From a virus: 64,000 bases of DNA. How positions within the stretch are numbered: position 1 is the stretch's first letter; each line of letters starts with the position of its first letter. This document shows, piece after piece, positions 36,671-46,714 of this stretch. The DNA is taken from positions 1 to 64,000 of the IMG/VR virus record IMGVR_UViG_3300033151_000166. The stretch is one strand, 5' to 3'. The notes under the pieces were generated by a model that ran no database searches, was not told the DNA's origin, and worked only from the letters and a program-made list of their open reading frames with translations. A program made the position numbers and the translations under genes.

Positions 36671-38574
36671 TCTATAACAAATCAAATATACAGGATGCAC
36701 TTGCCATCCTTAAAGACAGTCCAGAAGAGATCTGGTCTATTGACCTCGAGACATACAACCCTTACGAGAACGCCTGGTTTATGGAACTTAGCGCTAAGCA
36801 AAGACCATTGAACCGTATTGACAGTAAGATCGTGTCACTTCAGCTGGCTACACCATCTGGTATTGAGATGTACTTTGACTTTGCTCACAAGCAAGAGGGT
36901 GAAGACTTACGTCTTGACTATAAGTATCTAGGCGAGATCCTAGATCAATGTAAGTCCAATGACTTGATCGCTCACAATGCAGCCTTTGAGTATGGAATGA
37001 TCTTGCGTCATGGCTACGACTGCCCTCAAGATTACTATGATACTATGATTATGGGAGTACTATACAATGAAAACATGGCACAAGGTCTTAAGCCTACGAT
37101 TAAAACTCGTTTTGGTCACATCATGCCTAGCTACGCTGAGACTGTTGGTGACGGTACTATGGCTGATATCACTGCCATCGAAGGTTATGAATATGGTATG
37201 TCTGATGCTGATTGGACTCTTAAGCTTTATGACTGGTATGCTGAGCGCATTAGCATGGCCTATTATGAAACTTTTGAAATGGATACTATTAAAATTATCT
37301 CTCACCAGTACGCCGGAGGACAGGCTATCGATACAGACAGACTTGCAGAAATTCAAGCAGAAGATATCTTGGCTCGTGATGTAATCTTTGACAAGTTTCC
37401 TGAACTAAAAGAGATAAACATGAACAGTCCTAAGCAGGTAGCAGTGTTCTTATACGATGAGATGGGTCTTAAACCTTTTAAAGTCTCAAAGAAAACAGGA
37501 GCTCCGTCCACAGACAAAGAGTCACTGTTTGAGTTGGAGTCAGAGTATGGTAAGCAGTATCCTATTGTTAAAGCCTTCGCTGATATTCGTAAGCTTGAGA
37601 CAAGATTGAAACTATACTATCGTCCTTACCCTAAGTTGATCTATCCTGATGGACTACTACACTCAGAGATACGCCAGACTGGTACAGTTACAGGTAGATT
37701 TAGTTCTAACTCACCTAACACTCAGCAAGTAGCTAAGCGTGGTGATGGTAAGAAGGTTCGTGATGTATACATACCTCATAAAGGTCACGACTGTATCGTA
37801 TGTATTGACTGGTCTCAGATTGAGATGCGTATTGCAGCTCACATGTCTAACGACCCTAAGCTAGTTGATGGATATCTAACTGAGAAAGATATGCACACAC
37901 TGTCTGGTACAAACATCTCTGGTCTAGAGTATGATGAGATGGTAGCGCTGGTCAATGAAGAAGACTCAGAACAGAAAGCTAACCGCCAAAAAGGTAAGAC
38001 TCTAAACTTTGCATCACTATACCTAGCATCACCAATGCGTCTAGCTAAATTTGATCTATTGGATTGTACAGTGCCAGAGGCTGAGCTATTCTTATCAGCT
38101 CACAAGCTAGGTTATGAGGGATACTTCTATAACTATGTTAATAAAGTATCTCGTGATGTTAATACTAATGGCTATGTTCAAACACTATTTGGTCGTACTA
38201 GACACTTGCCTGATATTAAGTCACCGATCAGAGTTTTAAGAAGTAGTGCTGAGACTCAAGCGTTGAACGCTACGATACAGGGAACAGCTGGAGATATAAT
38301 GAAGCTTAGCTTAAACACTCTATGGTCTGAGAAACTTCTATTCTTGAAGGACTTCAGATTTATTATGCAGGTTCATGATGAATTTGTATTTAGTTGTACT
38401 CATGAAGCCGCAGCTGAATTAATGCCTAAGGTCAGAGAGATCATGCAGCGTGTACCTAAAGGTTTCAGAGTACCTATCGTTGCTGAGGTATCTATAGGAC
38501 CGAACTTTGGTGATCAGCGCGAGCTACACGGTGATCTATCACTTGAGAATATCAAGCGCAAACTCTCTTTGTAA
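36667..38574 (+). CDS. polA: Family A DNA polymerase (3'-5' exonuclease plus polymerase)
   Basis: IDLET and AHNAAF exonuclease motifs; TGRFSS, DWSQIEMR, KTLNFASLY and QVHDE polymerase motifs. Confidence 0.96.
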   Translation: MIYNKSNIQDALAILKDSPEEIWSIDLETYNPYENAWFMELSAKQRPLNRIDSKIVSLQLATPSGIEMYFDFAHKQEGEDLRLDYKYLGEILDQCKSNDLIAHNAAFEYGMILRHGYDCPQDYYDTMIMGVLYNENMAQGLKPTIKTRFGHIMPSYAETVGDGTMADITAIEGYEYGMSDADWTLKLYDWYAERISMAYYETFEMDTIKIISHQYAGGQAIDTDRLAEIQAEDILARDVIFDKFPELKEINMNSPKQVAVFLYDEMGLKPFKVSKKTGAPSTDKESLFELESEYGKQYPIVKAFADIRKLETRLKLYYRPYPKLIYPDGLLHSEIRQTGTVTGRFSSNSPNTQQVAKRGDGKKVRDVYIPHKGHDCIVCIDWSQIEMRIAAHMSNDPKLVDGYLTEKDMHTLSGTNISGLEYDEMVALVNEEDSEQKANRQKGKTLNFASLYLASPMRLAKFDLLDCTVPEAELFLSAHKLGYEGYFYNYVNKVSRDVNTNGYVQTLFGRTRHLPDIKSPIRVLRSSAETQALNATIQGTAGDIMKLSLNTLWSEKLLFLKDFRFIMQVHDEFVFSCTHEAAAELMPKVREIMQRVPKGFRVPIVAEVSIGPNFGDQRELHGDLSLENIKRKLSL

Positions 38575-38577
38575 TTA

Positions 38578-38590
38578 CTTGTGATATAAT
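38578..38590 (+). promoter_or_regulatory. Extended -10 promoter
   Basis: CTTGTGATATAAT. Confidence 0.8.
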
Positions 38591-38607
38591 ATGTTTACAA
38601 AGGAAAA

Positions 38608-39453
38608 TTGATGCAAAGAAAATTAAACACGGACTTCACTGAAGTCTATTACAATGTATTGAAACACGTTAAAGATGAGGGACAGTGGCAAGACAATGCT
38701 AGAACTGGTACCAAAGTTCTAGCTACTTTCGGTTACTCATTCCGTTGGGACATGAACTTCATGCCTCTATCTTCAGGTCGCAAGATGCACCTAACAACTA
38801 TGGCTGCTGAAGTAGCTTGGATGCTATCAGGTTCTACATCTATTCAATGGCTTAAGAAGTACACCAAAATCTGGAATGCTTTTGCTGATGATAAAGATGA
38901 GATACCTACTGCGTATGGTCATCGCTGGAGACACTCTTTTGGTGTTGATCAGATTCAAAACATCATCGATAAGTTAACTGAAGACCCAAGCTCTAGACAA
39001 CAAGTCTTGATGAGCTGGGATGCAAGATGTGATAATGTAGTACCAGCTGCTAACATTCCATGTCCATTCACTGCAGTGATCGCTATCATTAATGGTAAGT
39101 TAAACATACACTTGACACTAAGAAGTAATGATGTATTCTACGGTCTACCTTATGATGTTGGTATGTATACTTTCTTAGGTCAAGCCTTCGCTAGTGAGTT
39201 AGGTGTTGAGGTGGGAGAACTATTCTATAGTATCGCTCACGCTCATATCTATGAGAACCAAATGGATGCAGTTGAAGAGATGTTAACTGATAAAGTAACT
39301 CAAGGACCTCAATATAAAGTTGAGCTTAGAGCTTCAATCACTGATATCATTAGTGATAAGTCTGTATTCGTAAGACACGTGGCTGATATATATGAGCAAC
39401 TAAAGTATGAACCAGTCGTCTTAGCTAACAAGCTACCAAAAGTAGTAGAGTAA
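38608..39453 (+). CDS. ThyA-fold pyrimidine nucleotide methylase (predicted dCMP-specific)
   Basis: RTGT, catalytic PC, RSNDVFYGLPYD and HIYEN motifs; Asp at the E. coli N177 position. Confidence 0.9.
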   Translation: MMQRKLNTDFTEVYYNVLKHVKDEGQWQDNARTGTKVLATFGYSFRWDMNFMPLSSGRKMHLTTMAAEVAWMLSGSTSIQWLKKYTKIWNAFADDKDEIPTAYGHRWRHSFGVDQIQNIIDKLTEDPSSRQQVLMSWDARCDNVVPAANIPCPFTAVIAIINGKLNIHLTLRSNDVFYGLPYDVGMYTFLGQAFASELGVEVGELFYSIAHAHIYENQMDAVEEMLTDKVTQGPQYKVELRASITDIISDKSVFVRHVADIYEQLKYEPVVLANKLPKVVE

Positions 39454-39860
39454 TGAAGAAGCGGTGGACGCCAGAGTTCTGGATGGAAGTGGCTGAACTG
39501 TTTAGCAGTCAGTCTACGTGTAACAAAGCCCAGGTTGGTTGTATCCTTACTAAAGATAAGAAAATGATCGCAGCTGGTGTTAATGGCACGACCCATGGTG
39601 ATGACAACTGTTGTGAAGATGACAGTGGACACACAGAACATTGGAGAGTTCACCACGCTGAAATGAATGCCTTGGCAAAGGTAGGTACCAATGCTAAAGG
39701 CTCTGTGGCATACGTCACACTAGCACCTTGCTATGAGTGTGCTAAGAACTTAATACTATTCGGTGTCACCAAAGTATACTACGGCAGTGTCAAAGAAGAG
39801 TATGAAGATGTTCTTATATATTTAGAGTCAATGGGTGTTGACACTGAGAAGGTTGATTAA
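39453..39860 (+). CDS. dCMP deaminase
   Basis: STC...VGC, GVNG, HAEMNAL and PCYEC motifs. Confidence 0.93.
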   Translation: MKKRWTPEFWMEVAELFSSQSTCNKAQVGCILTKDKKMIAAGVNGTTHGDDNCCEDDSGHTEHWRVHHAEMNALAKVGTNAKGSVAYVTLAPCYECAKNLILFGVTKVYYGSVKEEYEDVLIYLESMGVDTEKVD

Positions 39861-39861
39861 G

Positions 39862-40179
39862 ATGGCATTAGAAGGTTTAAACGTAGGCTTCAACATGAAG
39901 ACCGTGCGTGCTGATAGAAAAGAGACGGCAGCTGAGGAAGACAAAGGTAAGATCAAACTTAATTTTAAAACAGTGGCTCGTAAGGGTGGACCTGTTACTA
40001 TAGAGTCTGAAACTATTACGTGGTGTGAAAACCGTGATGAGTCTGATGTATCTGAACTATGGAAGAGATTGTTTATTAGAAAAGAGCATACCACTGAAAT
40101 GGCTAAGCAGTACAAAGATGTTTGTCACTACCTAACTCAAAAGTATGGTTGTGACCTACCTAAAAGGAGTCATAGATGA
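39862..40179 (+). CDS. Hypothetical protein
   Basis: AAGG RBS before ATG 39862. Confidence 0.65.
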   Translation: MALEGLNVGFNMKTVRADRKETAAEEDKGKIKLNFKTVARKGGPVTIESETITWCENRDESDVSELWKRLFIRKEHTTEMAKQYKDVCHYLTQKYGCDLPKRSHR

Positions 40180-40571
40180 CAGGCATCTTATTACTATCAG
40201 AGAACAATTGTTTTGCTGATGAGGATGGTAAAGTAAGTTGGGGACCAGCAGCTGATAAGCTATGGGTTAGACGTATGATCTTTCAAAAGAAAGTCTTTGT
40301 TGGTTATCATACTTGGAAGTCTATACAGTCTCACTACTCACTACTTGATCTACCCTCGTCGTGGCAGTTTGTAAACCCAATGGACGCTACAATTCATTTT
40401 GGTGGACCAAAGTCTTTCAAGAGTTTCCCACCAGATAGATTTATTATACACAAAACTCGTACACCTATTGCTGGTATGTTCTTTGATATGAACTGGCTAG
40501 AAGATAACTACGAGCTAACAGACTCAAGCGACTGTCCTGAGTATACGGAGTTGATCTATGCCAAAAAATGA
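40176..40571 (+). CDS. Divergent dihydrofolate reductase
   Basis: W..AADKLW..., VFVGYHTWKSI (cf. VIMGRHTWESI) and FGG motifs. Confidence 0.75.
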   Translation: MTGILLLSENNCFADEDGKVSWGPAADKLWVRRMIFQKKVFVGYHTWKSIQSHYSLLDLPSSWQFVNPMDATIHFGGPKSFKSFPPDRFIIHKTRTPIAGMFFDMNWLEDNYELTDSSDCPEYTELIYAKK

Positions 40572-41001
40572 TGGTAAGTTAACTGAGCGTATATTCGATG
40601 CTCAGTTCAAAGATGAGACCGCCAGAGATATAAACTTTGTGTACTATAAATTTATCGACAGTCATGCTGCTCGTAACTTGGTACAAAACCAGCCTGCTGA
40701 TAGACTAATAATCTATATGGGAACTGTAATACTTACTGAGATCAAATCTTCTTATGACCCAATGCGTTTCCCACTGAAGAACATCTCTAAGAAACAAATT
40801 GGTACTGGAAGACGCTGGGTAGCAGCTGGTACTAAGTCTATGTTTATTATCCATAGACTACAAACAAATGAGTTCTTCTTCGTACCTCTAACTGAGGTTC
40901 TAAAGAAGATGGACAGTGGTCATAAGAGTTGGAAGTGGTCTGAGCTAGAGTACTTCAAACACGAGGCAACCTATGCGTTTTGGAAACGTTATGGTAATTA
41001 A
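40558..41001 (+). CDS. RecU-like Holliday junction resolvase
   Basis: PD-(D/E)xK pattern: PAD...TEIKS...FPLKNISKKQ. Confidence 0.8.
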   Translation: MPKNDGKLTERIFDAQFKDETARDINFVYYKFIDSHAARNLVQNQPADRLIIYMGTVILTEIKSSYDPMRFPLKNISKKQIGTGRRWVAAGTKSMFIIHRLQTNEFFFVPLTEVLKKMDSGHKSWKWSELEYFKHEATYAFWKRYGN

Positions 41002-41018
41002 ATTCAAAGGAGTAACTA

Positions 41019-41402
41019 ATGAAAATAGTTATTGAAGTAGAAGACCTAAGCAAGATCGGTTACACGCATGAAGTTCGTATGCCTAGCCCAGACATTCATC
41101 ATGTATGTCTAGCTGGTGAGTTGGCAGTTAACGCTGTTGGTACTATCAAAGCAATTGAAACAAAAGTTGGTAACGGTTCTAAAGCCAGACCAAATGCTGA
41201 CGCTGTTCAAGTAACTGGACTTAAGTCTATTGAAGTTGGTGAGAACGGTGAGATCACGATTGAAGGCAATCACACTGTAGTGATTAAACAAAAGGGGTTG
41301 GCTAAAAGTGTCAAAATTGCAGACGTCAAAGCAACCACCAGCAAACCTACAAGAGCTGAGAAGCGTGCCAAAAATAAAGCAGGCGATGCTCAGACTAGCT
41401 AA
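41019..41402 (+). CDS. Hypothetical protein
   Basis: AAAGGAG RBS. Confidence 0.7.
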   Translation: MKIVIEVEDLSKIGYTHEVRMPSPDIHHVCLAGELAVNAVGTIKAIETKVGNGSKARPNADAVQVTGLKSIEVGENGEITIEGNHTVVIKQKGLAKSVKIADVKATTSKPTRAEKRAKNKAGDAQTS

Positions 41403-41439
41403 CAAGCTAAACCCATTCTAATTCAAAAGGCGGACAACC

Positions 41440-42330
41440 ATGAATAATCTAGCACTAGGCGACTTGCATATTGGCAAGCGCCACAAAGTAACCTTCGGAG
41501 ACCCAGCTATCTGGGACGAGTTAACTATGAAAGTAGTTATCGAGTTACTTAAACTTCACAAACCAAAACACTTGATACTAACAGGCGATGTATTCGACTC
41601 TAGTAAACCCACTGCACTAGACTTTGCTCAAGTAGTAATGCTCACATCTATGGTAGACAGAGTAACTATCTTAACTGGTAACCACGATCTATCTATGATT
41701 GCCGAGGATATAGCTTTTAGCTATCTGTCTAGACTTCCTAATGTTACTCTAGTAGAGGCTAATCATTTTACCTATGTATATGACGGTGCTTATGCAGTGG
41801 GCTGGTGTGATACTCAAGAAGAATTTATTAAGACAATGGCAATGGCATTGAGAGATGTACCTGAAAATGGCGTTGTCTATGCTCATTGTAATAGGAAGTA
41901 TTGGGAAAATGACAATGACAATAGCTTTACCGATGAGCTCTACGACTTGGCAGCCAGTAGAAACATTACCGTTATCTCTGGACATGAGCATACCTCTTCT
42001 ATCTCTAACCATTTCATTCATCTCGGTAGCGTTGTACCTCAAGCACGAAATCAACTGAACCAAAAGTATGGTTGGGCTGACGACAAGCTACTTGAGTTAC
42101 CAATGCACTGGGCATCTAGTGAATTAGATGTGGCAAGTGTGTACTTCCTAGAGGAAGATCCTATAGACATGAGTGACTTCTCTTGTTACTTGATACGTAA
42201 TGATAAAGAAGTTAAAGCTGAGGACCTCAAGCTCGAGAGTAAAGATCTTACTATCGATGTTATTGAAAGCTTCAGAGCGGCAGCAGTCAAAGAAGGTTTT
42301 GGAAAGGAATTATTAGATGAGTATCTCTAA
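41440..42330 (+). CDS. SbcD/Mre11-like metallophosphoesterase nuclease
   Basis: GDLH, GDVFD, GNHD and GHEH motifs. Confidence 0.92.
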   Translation: MNNLALGDLHIGKRHKVTFGDPAIWDELTMKVVIELLKLHKPKHLILTGDVFDSSKPTALDFAQVVMLTSMVDRVTILTGNHDLSMIAEDIAFSYLSRLPNVTLVEANHFTYVYDGAYAVGWCDTQEEFIKTMAMALRDVPENGVVYAHCNRKYWENDNDNSFTDELYDLAASRNITVISGHEHTSSISNHFIHLGSVVPQARNQLNQKYGWADDKLLELPMHWASSELDVASVYFLEEDPIDMSDFSCYLIRNDKEVKAEDLKLESKDLTIDVIESFRAAAVKEGFGKELLDEYL

Positions 42331-44179
42331 ACTAAGATTAATAAACTACCGTCAGTACAGTGATAAGACTATAAACTTTAAAGATAAGTTAACAGTCATT
42401 CGCGGGCGCAACGGTATAGGTAAGACAACAATAGTTGAGGCAATTGGTTTTGCTTTATTTGGTTCAGCATTACAACGTGGTAAGGCTAAGGAGTGGATTA
42501 AAAGAGGGGAAGCTCATGGTGGAGTGGTACTTACAATTGACGGCTTTACAATCGAGCGTTCTGATACCCTTGCTATTGTATATGACGGGAGCGGCAACAC
42601 TGTGGCTCGCAATAACACTGGCATTGTACAGTGGGTAGAGAACACTTATGGTTTAACACCTGATCTATATAAGACGTCATTCTATATAGGACAAAAAGAT
42701 ATTGGTAGCTTCGCTGCTCTCAGTCCACTAGAACGTACTAAGAGAGTTGAGAAACTTCTACGTATAGATCGTCTAGACGAGATCAAGACTAGTGTACGTG
42801 AGGCAGCTAAGGCAGAGACAGCCAATGTTACTGCGTACCAGGCTAAGCTAGAGAACATTACTTTAGTGCCCGTAGAAGACTTAGCTGATGAGTTAGCGAC
42901 TGCTCGTACAGTTCTTGAGGTACGTATAGTCGAGAACTCTGAGTACAAGACTAAGCTTGCTGAGTACAACACATATCTACAAGCTAAGCATCAGTGGGTT
43001 GGTGTAACTTATGATCTAGATGTAGCTGAGAAGCAATATCTAGAAGACTTGTCTCACAATGCGGCAGTGGCACCCACTAATAAACTTATTAATGAAAAGC
43101 TACGTCTATTGAAAATACTAAGAGATGTAAATGTATTGCCAAAGTATTTCACGTTGTCTGAACGCGAGATTGTGAACCACGAAAACACTATATTAAAGTT
43201 CGAAAAGCTAAGAACACAAATTAAAGTATTAAATTGTGAGCCAGTAGAACACCGTAGTCTAGACTATCAAGAGCGTGACATACGAGAAGAAGAAAAGATC
43301 TTGAGTCTTAACAAAAACATACCTGACACATGCCCTACTTGTGGACAGGACTGGCCAAGCAAAGCTACCATAGATGTAGACAAATTCAAGGCTCAACTAG
43401 AAGAGAAGAAAGAACGCTTTAGATCAGATGTGTGTGAGAACCAAGCACACGGTTTGAATGAACAACTCAAAGCTATTGAACTACCAGACTATAGCATGCA
43501 AGACCTAGCTGAAGCATCAGTAGCTCTAGCTAACAAAGCTAGTTACCTTAGACTAGAAGAGTTATCTGATGTAGCTGAAGTACTTCTTGATGAGGTTATA
43601 GTTTATAATCTTGAAGAGTGTCAACGTCAAGAAGCTATTCGTGCTAAGCTAACTAAAGTTATAGTAGAACCAGTTGAAGTTGATGTAGCTGGAGCACGTA
43701 AAGAAGTGGCTCGTTTTGAAGGTAACCAAAGAGATCTTGAAGCGTACAAGAGAGATGCAGTCATTGAAGAAGAGTATACTGGTCTACTGAATACATCTAT
43801 AGATAAGGTCGAGGAACTTAAAAGACTCATCAAGTTTATAGACCTGTACAGAAAATCATTTGGTGCTAACGTAATACCACTGCTACAGACAAACGTATCA
43901 AACATAGTTAACTTCCTTAGTGAAGGTAAGTACAGTTCTGTTAAGATCAATAATGATTATTCTATAGAAGACTTTGATTTTTACAGTGGTAGCGAGCAAG
44001 ACTCTGTATCATTTGCATTACGTCTAGCGATCTCACAAGTATCACGTATAGGTAGTTTTAAAACTATGCTCTTAGACGAGGTAGCGGCTAGCTTTGATGA
44101 TGAACGCGAGCAGAAGCTGATGGAAATCTTAGAGCTACAAGATACTCAACTAATCTACATAACTCATGGTGCTATATAG
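42317..44179 (+). CDS. SbcC/Rad50-like ATPase
   Basis: GRNGIGKTT, coiled coil with CPTC zinc hook, SGSE signature, LLDE, ITH. Confidence 0.93.
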   Translation: MSISKLRLINYRQYSDKTINFKDKLTVIRGRNGIGKTTIVEAIGFALFGSALQRGKAKEWIKRGEAHGGVVLTIDGFTIERSDTLAIVYDGSGNTVARNNTGIVQWVENTYGLTPDLYKTSFYIGQKDIGSFAALSPLERTKRVEKLLRIDRLDEIKTSVREAAKAETANVTAYQAKLENITLVPVEDLADELATARTVLEVRIVENSEYKTKLAEYNTYLQAKHQWVGVTYDLDVAEKQYLEDLSHNAAVAPTNKLINEKLRLLKILRDVNVLPKYFTLSEREIVNHENTILKFEKLRTQIKVLNCEPVEHRSLDYQERDIREEEKILSLNKNIPDTCPTCGQDWPSKATIDVDKFKAQLEEKKERFRSDVCENQAHGLNEQLKAIELPDYSMQDLAEASVALANKASYLRLEELSDVAEVLLDEVIVYNLEECQRQEAIRAKLTKVIVEPVEVDVAGARKEVARFEGNQRDLEAYKRDAVIEEEYTGLLNTSIDKVEELKRLIKFIDLYRKSFGANVIPLLQTNVSNIVNFLSEGKYSSVKINNDYSIEDFDFYSGSEQDSVSFALRLAISQVSRIGSFKTMLLDEVAASFDDEREQKLMEILELQDTQLIYITHGAI

Positions 44180-45812
44180 CACTACCATTCGGTAACAATC
44201 CAACAAACTCTCCGTATCTAACTGCATCATCCGTAGTTAGATACATTAACTTAGCAGCGTAGGCATAGAAGTCTTCAGCTATATCAAGTGTACCTATGTA
44301 TGGTGGTAGTGCTATGTATGGATGAATAGATGTGTTAACACGTATGTCCATAGAGTCTAGATCAAAAGCCATAGGCGGACACTCATCCTCACCTATATTA
44401 AACCCACCATTACCGGCATCTCTCCAGACCTCAACATGCATCCACTGGTAAGGTCTAATGTTATTAGTAGCATACAAGTAATCCCAGTTCCAGCGCATAA
44501 AATCTATATTCTTGAGTCTCTCTTTTACTACGTTAGTATCAATAGCAACCAGGTTATTTGTAAGTATATAACCATTGACATTATATATTGAAGTGAAAAA
44601 ACTATTACGCACACCACCTTTATCCGTGATGTATGCAAAAGGTATTTCAAATATGTAGACCCAAATATAAGATCTAAATAGTATGTCATATAGATCGTTG
44701 TCCACACCATCTTTGATAACAACTTTAGAAGCATCTACAAAGTTATGTAGATTAAAGACTCTGAACATTCTAGAAGTATCAATAATTGAGTTAGGTATTG
44801 CAGCTCTTAAGAACATGTTCATACTGAAATCTACATACATGTAAGGACTAATCTCATGTGCAGTTGATGGAACTGCATAGCCAGATGTTGGTGCAGGTAG
44901 ATAAGGAAACTCACCTAACTGTAGAGAACCATTCCTAACATCTGCTGGCTCAGTGTAAGTATGCTTAGGTTGTAGCACGCCATTAATACAGATCATTCCT
45001 GGTGCAGTGTTAGCGTGAAAAGTTACACCATCATAAGTAGCATCAGGATTAAACTTAGTCTCTTGTGTGTAACACTGTGAGTCATAGATATTCTCAACGG
45101 CTTCAAAGCAACAAGTATCAAAGTTATAAACAAGTCTACCATCACATTTAACTGGATAATCCATCACTCTAAATTCAGTGGTTTCTATTAGCTCGCCATC
45201 ATAATAGACTTCGTACCAACCAGCACAGCCTAGTTCTTCAGAGGCTATAATAGCATCTATGTCTCCAACTCTATTACTAGATCTGTATGTGTATATAGGT
45301 TTGTCTAACTCGTAAACGCCTATACCTCTACCATTCTTACTGTAGAATTTGTAGTAGTAATCACGGATTCTAAAGCTGCTATTCTCAAAGTGCACTGAAG
45401 ATCGAGTACTTACAGTGAGGTACCAACGTTCTAGAACATCATCCCATTGTAAAGCTGTATCTATATAGGGCTGATATTCAAACAAAGTACAAGGTACTAT
45501 ATCAACTATAACACTAGGAGGTAATGTCGTGGTATTGGTACTAACCTCTGGTGTAGGTGAACTTGACAAGCCACCACCACCGCCACCAAGTTTCTGAATC
45601 TCTAGTCTACCACTCTTTGGGATATATAAAGTAGTAGTTGTGTTTAGATATACGTGAGCTGAGCCACCTAATCTAGCACCTAGACCAGCAACTACACTAG
45701 CAGAACCTCGCAGTTCTTCAGGTATACCTGTCTTAGTATTGGGTTGTTCAGCTGTCGCCGCTGCTGAGACATTAACAAATGCAGTTATGTATCCTGTAGT
45801 AAATAAAATCAT
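44172..45812 (-). CDS. Putative tail/fibre-associated protein
   Basis: End of the tail operon; scaffold-type repeats near the N-terminus (EELRGSASV, SAHVYLN); ATGA-coupled start at 45812. Confidence 0.6.
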   Translation of the reverse strand: MILFTTGYITAFVNVSAAATAEQPNTKTGIPEELRGSASVVAGLGARLGGSAHVYLNTTTTLYIPKSGRLEIQKLGGGGGGLSSSPTPEVSTNTTTLPPSVIVDIVPCTLFEYQPYIDTALQWDDVLERWYLTVSTRSSVHFENSSFRIRDYYYKFYSKNGRGIGVYELDKPIYTYRSSNRVGDIDAIIASEELGCAGWYEVYYDGELIETTEFRVMDYPVKCDGRLVYNFDTCCFEAVENIYDSQCYTQETKFNPDATYDGVTFHANTAPGMICINGVLQPKHTYTEPADVRNGSLQLGEFPYLPAPTSGYAVPSTAHEISPYMYVDFSMNMFLRAAIPNSIIDTSRMFRVFNLHNFVDASKVVIKDGVDNDLYDILFRSYIWVYIFEIPFAYITDKGGVRNSFFTSIYNVNGYILTNNLVAIDTNVVKERLKNIDFMRWNWDYLYATNNIRPYQWMHVEVWRDAGNGGFNIGEDECPPMAFDLDSMDIRVNTSIHPYIALPPYIGTLDIAEDFYAYAAKLMYLTTDDAVRYGEFVGLLPNGSAI

Positions 45813-46714
45813 ACTGGCCTCACTCTTAAGTTGCCTACGTAGTACCAACCATCTTTGTCTGGTAGTAAGTCAGGAGCTAACTCTAATGTATTGAATTCTA
45901 GTTTAGTACTCTGAGTCTCACTGTCATAACAGAACTTTAAGTTCTCATACTCTCTAGGATCATTTAGTAGGTAACAAGGTCTAATAGGATATTTAATACT
46001 ATAAGCACCAACTACACTAATATAGTCAGACTGCTGAGGTACTGTTACTCTACCTCTCTTATGTTCTACTACCTCTACTACTTGACCAGTCTCTGGGTTA
46101 ATCACATCAGTATACTCTATCCAAGTTTCGTGGCTAGCATTACTAAAAGGTACAACACCATCATGAAAGAACAACTCAATAACTGTTGGTTCGACAAACT
46201 CATTACCAACAAATGTCATAGCTGATCTACTAATAGTATCAACCTCACCACTGTACTCTAGTATGGTTTGATTTTCCTCTTCCTTATAGCACACTGATGT
46301 TAGGTAACTCCAGTCAAAAGGATCTGGTACTTTCTGGGTTGGTGGTAAAGTCCAACTCCAAGTGTAACTGTTACAGGTACGGATTAAGTACAGTGGCATA
46401 ATCCGTACCTTACGATACTCTTCAGCAAACATAATGACTTCTAAACCGGTAGTACCAGCGGGTACCTCAGCTAAGAAGATATAAGAGTAGTCAGCATCTG
46501 AATCAAGTATCAAAGGTCTAACAGAGAAGTTAACAGTTGTGAGTGTTAAAGTAACCGGGTCGTACTGTGCGGTCTGTGAGTCTTGTAGTGTCATATTAAT
46601 AACTGGATTATCGTAGGCAGTTGATTTATAATCTATACAATTAATCCCTTCGTAGAAGTTAGCTAGTAAGAGTCTACACTTCTCTTGTGATACTATCTCT
46701 TGTCCACTATACAT
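45809..46714 (-). CDS. Putative tail-associated protein
   Basis: GAGG RBS before ATG 46714; operon context. Confidence 0.6.
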   Translation of the reverse strand: MYSGQEIVSQEKCRLLLANFYEGINCIDYKSTAYDNPVINMTLQDSQTAQYDPVTLTLTTVNFSVRPLILDSDADYSYIFLAEVPAGTTGLEVIMFAEEYRKVRIMPLYLIRTCNSYTWSWTLPPTQKVPDPFDWSYLTSVCYKEEENQTILEYSGEVDTISRSAMTFVGNEFVEPTVIELFFHDGVVPFSNASHETWIEYTDVINPETGQVVEVVEHKRGRVTVPQQSDYISVVGAYSIKYPIRPCYLLNDPREYENLKFCYDSETQSTKLEFNTLELAPDLLPDKDGWYYVGNLRVRPV

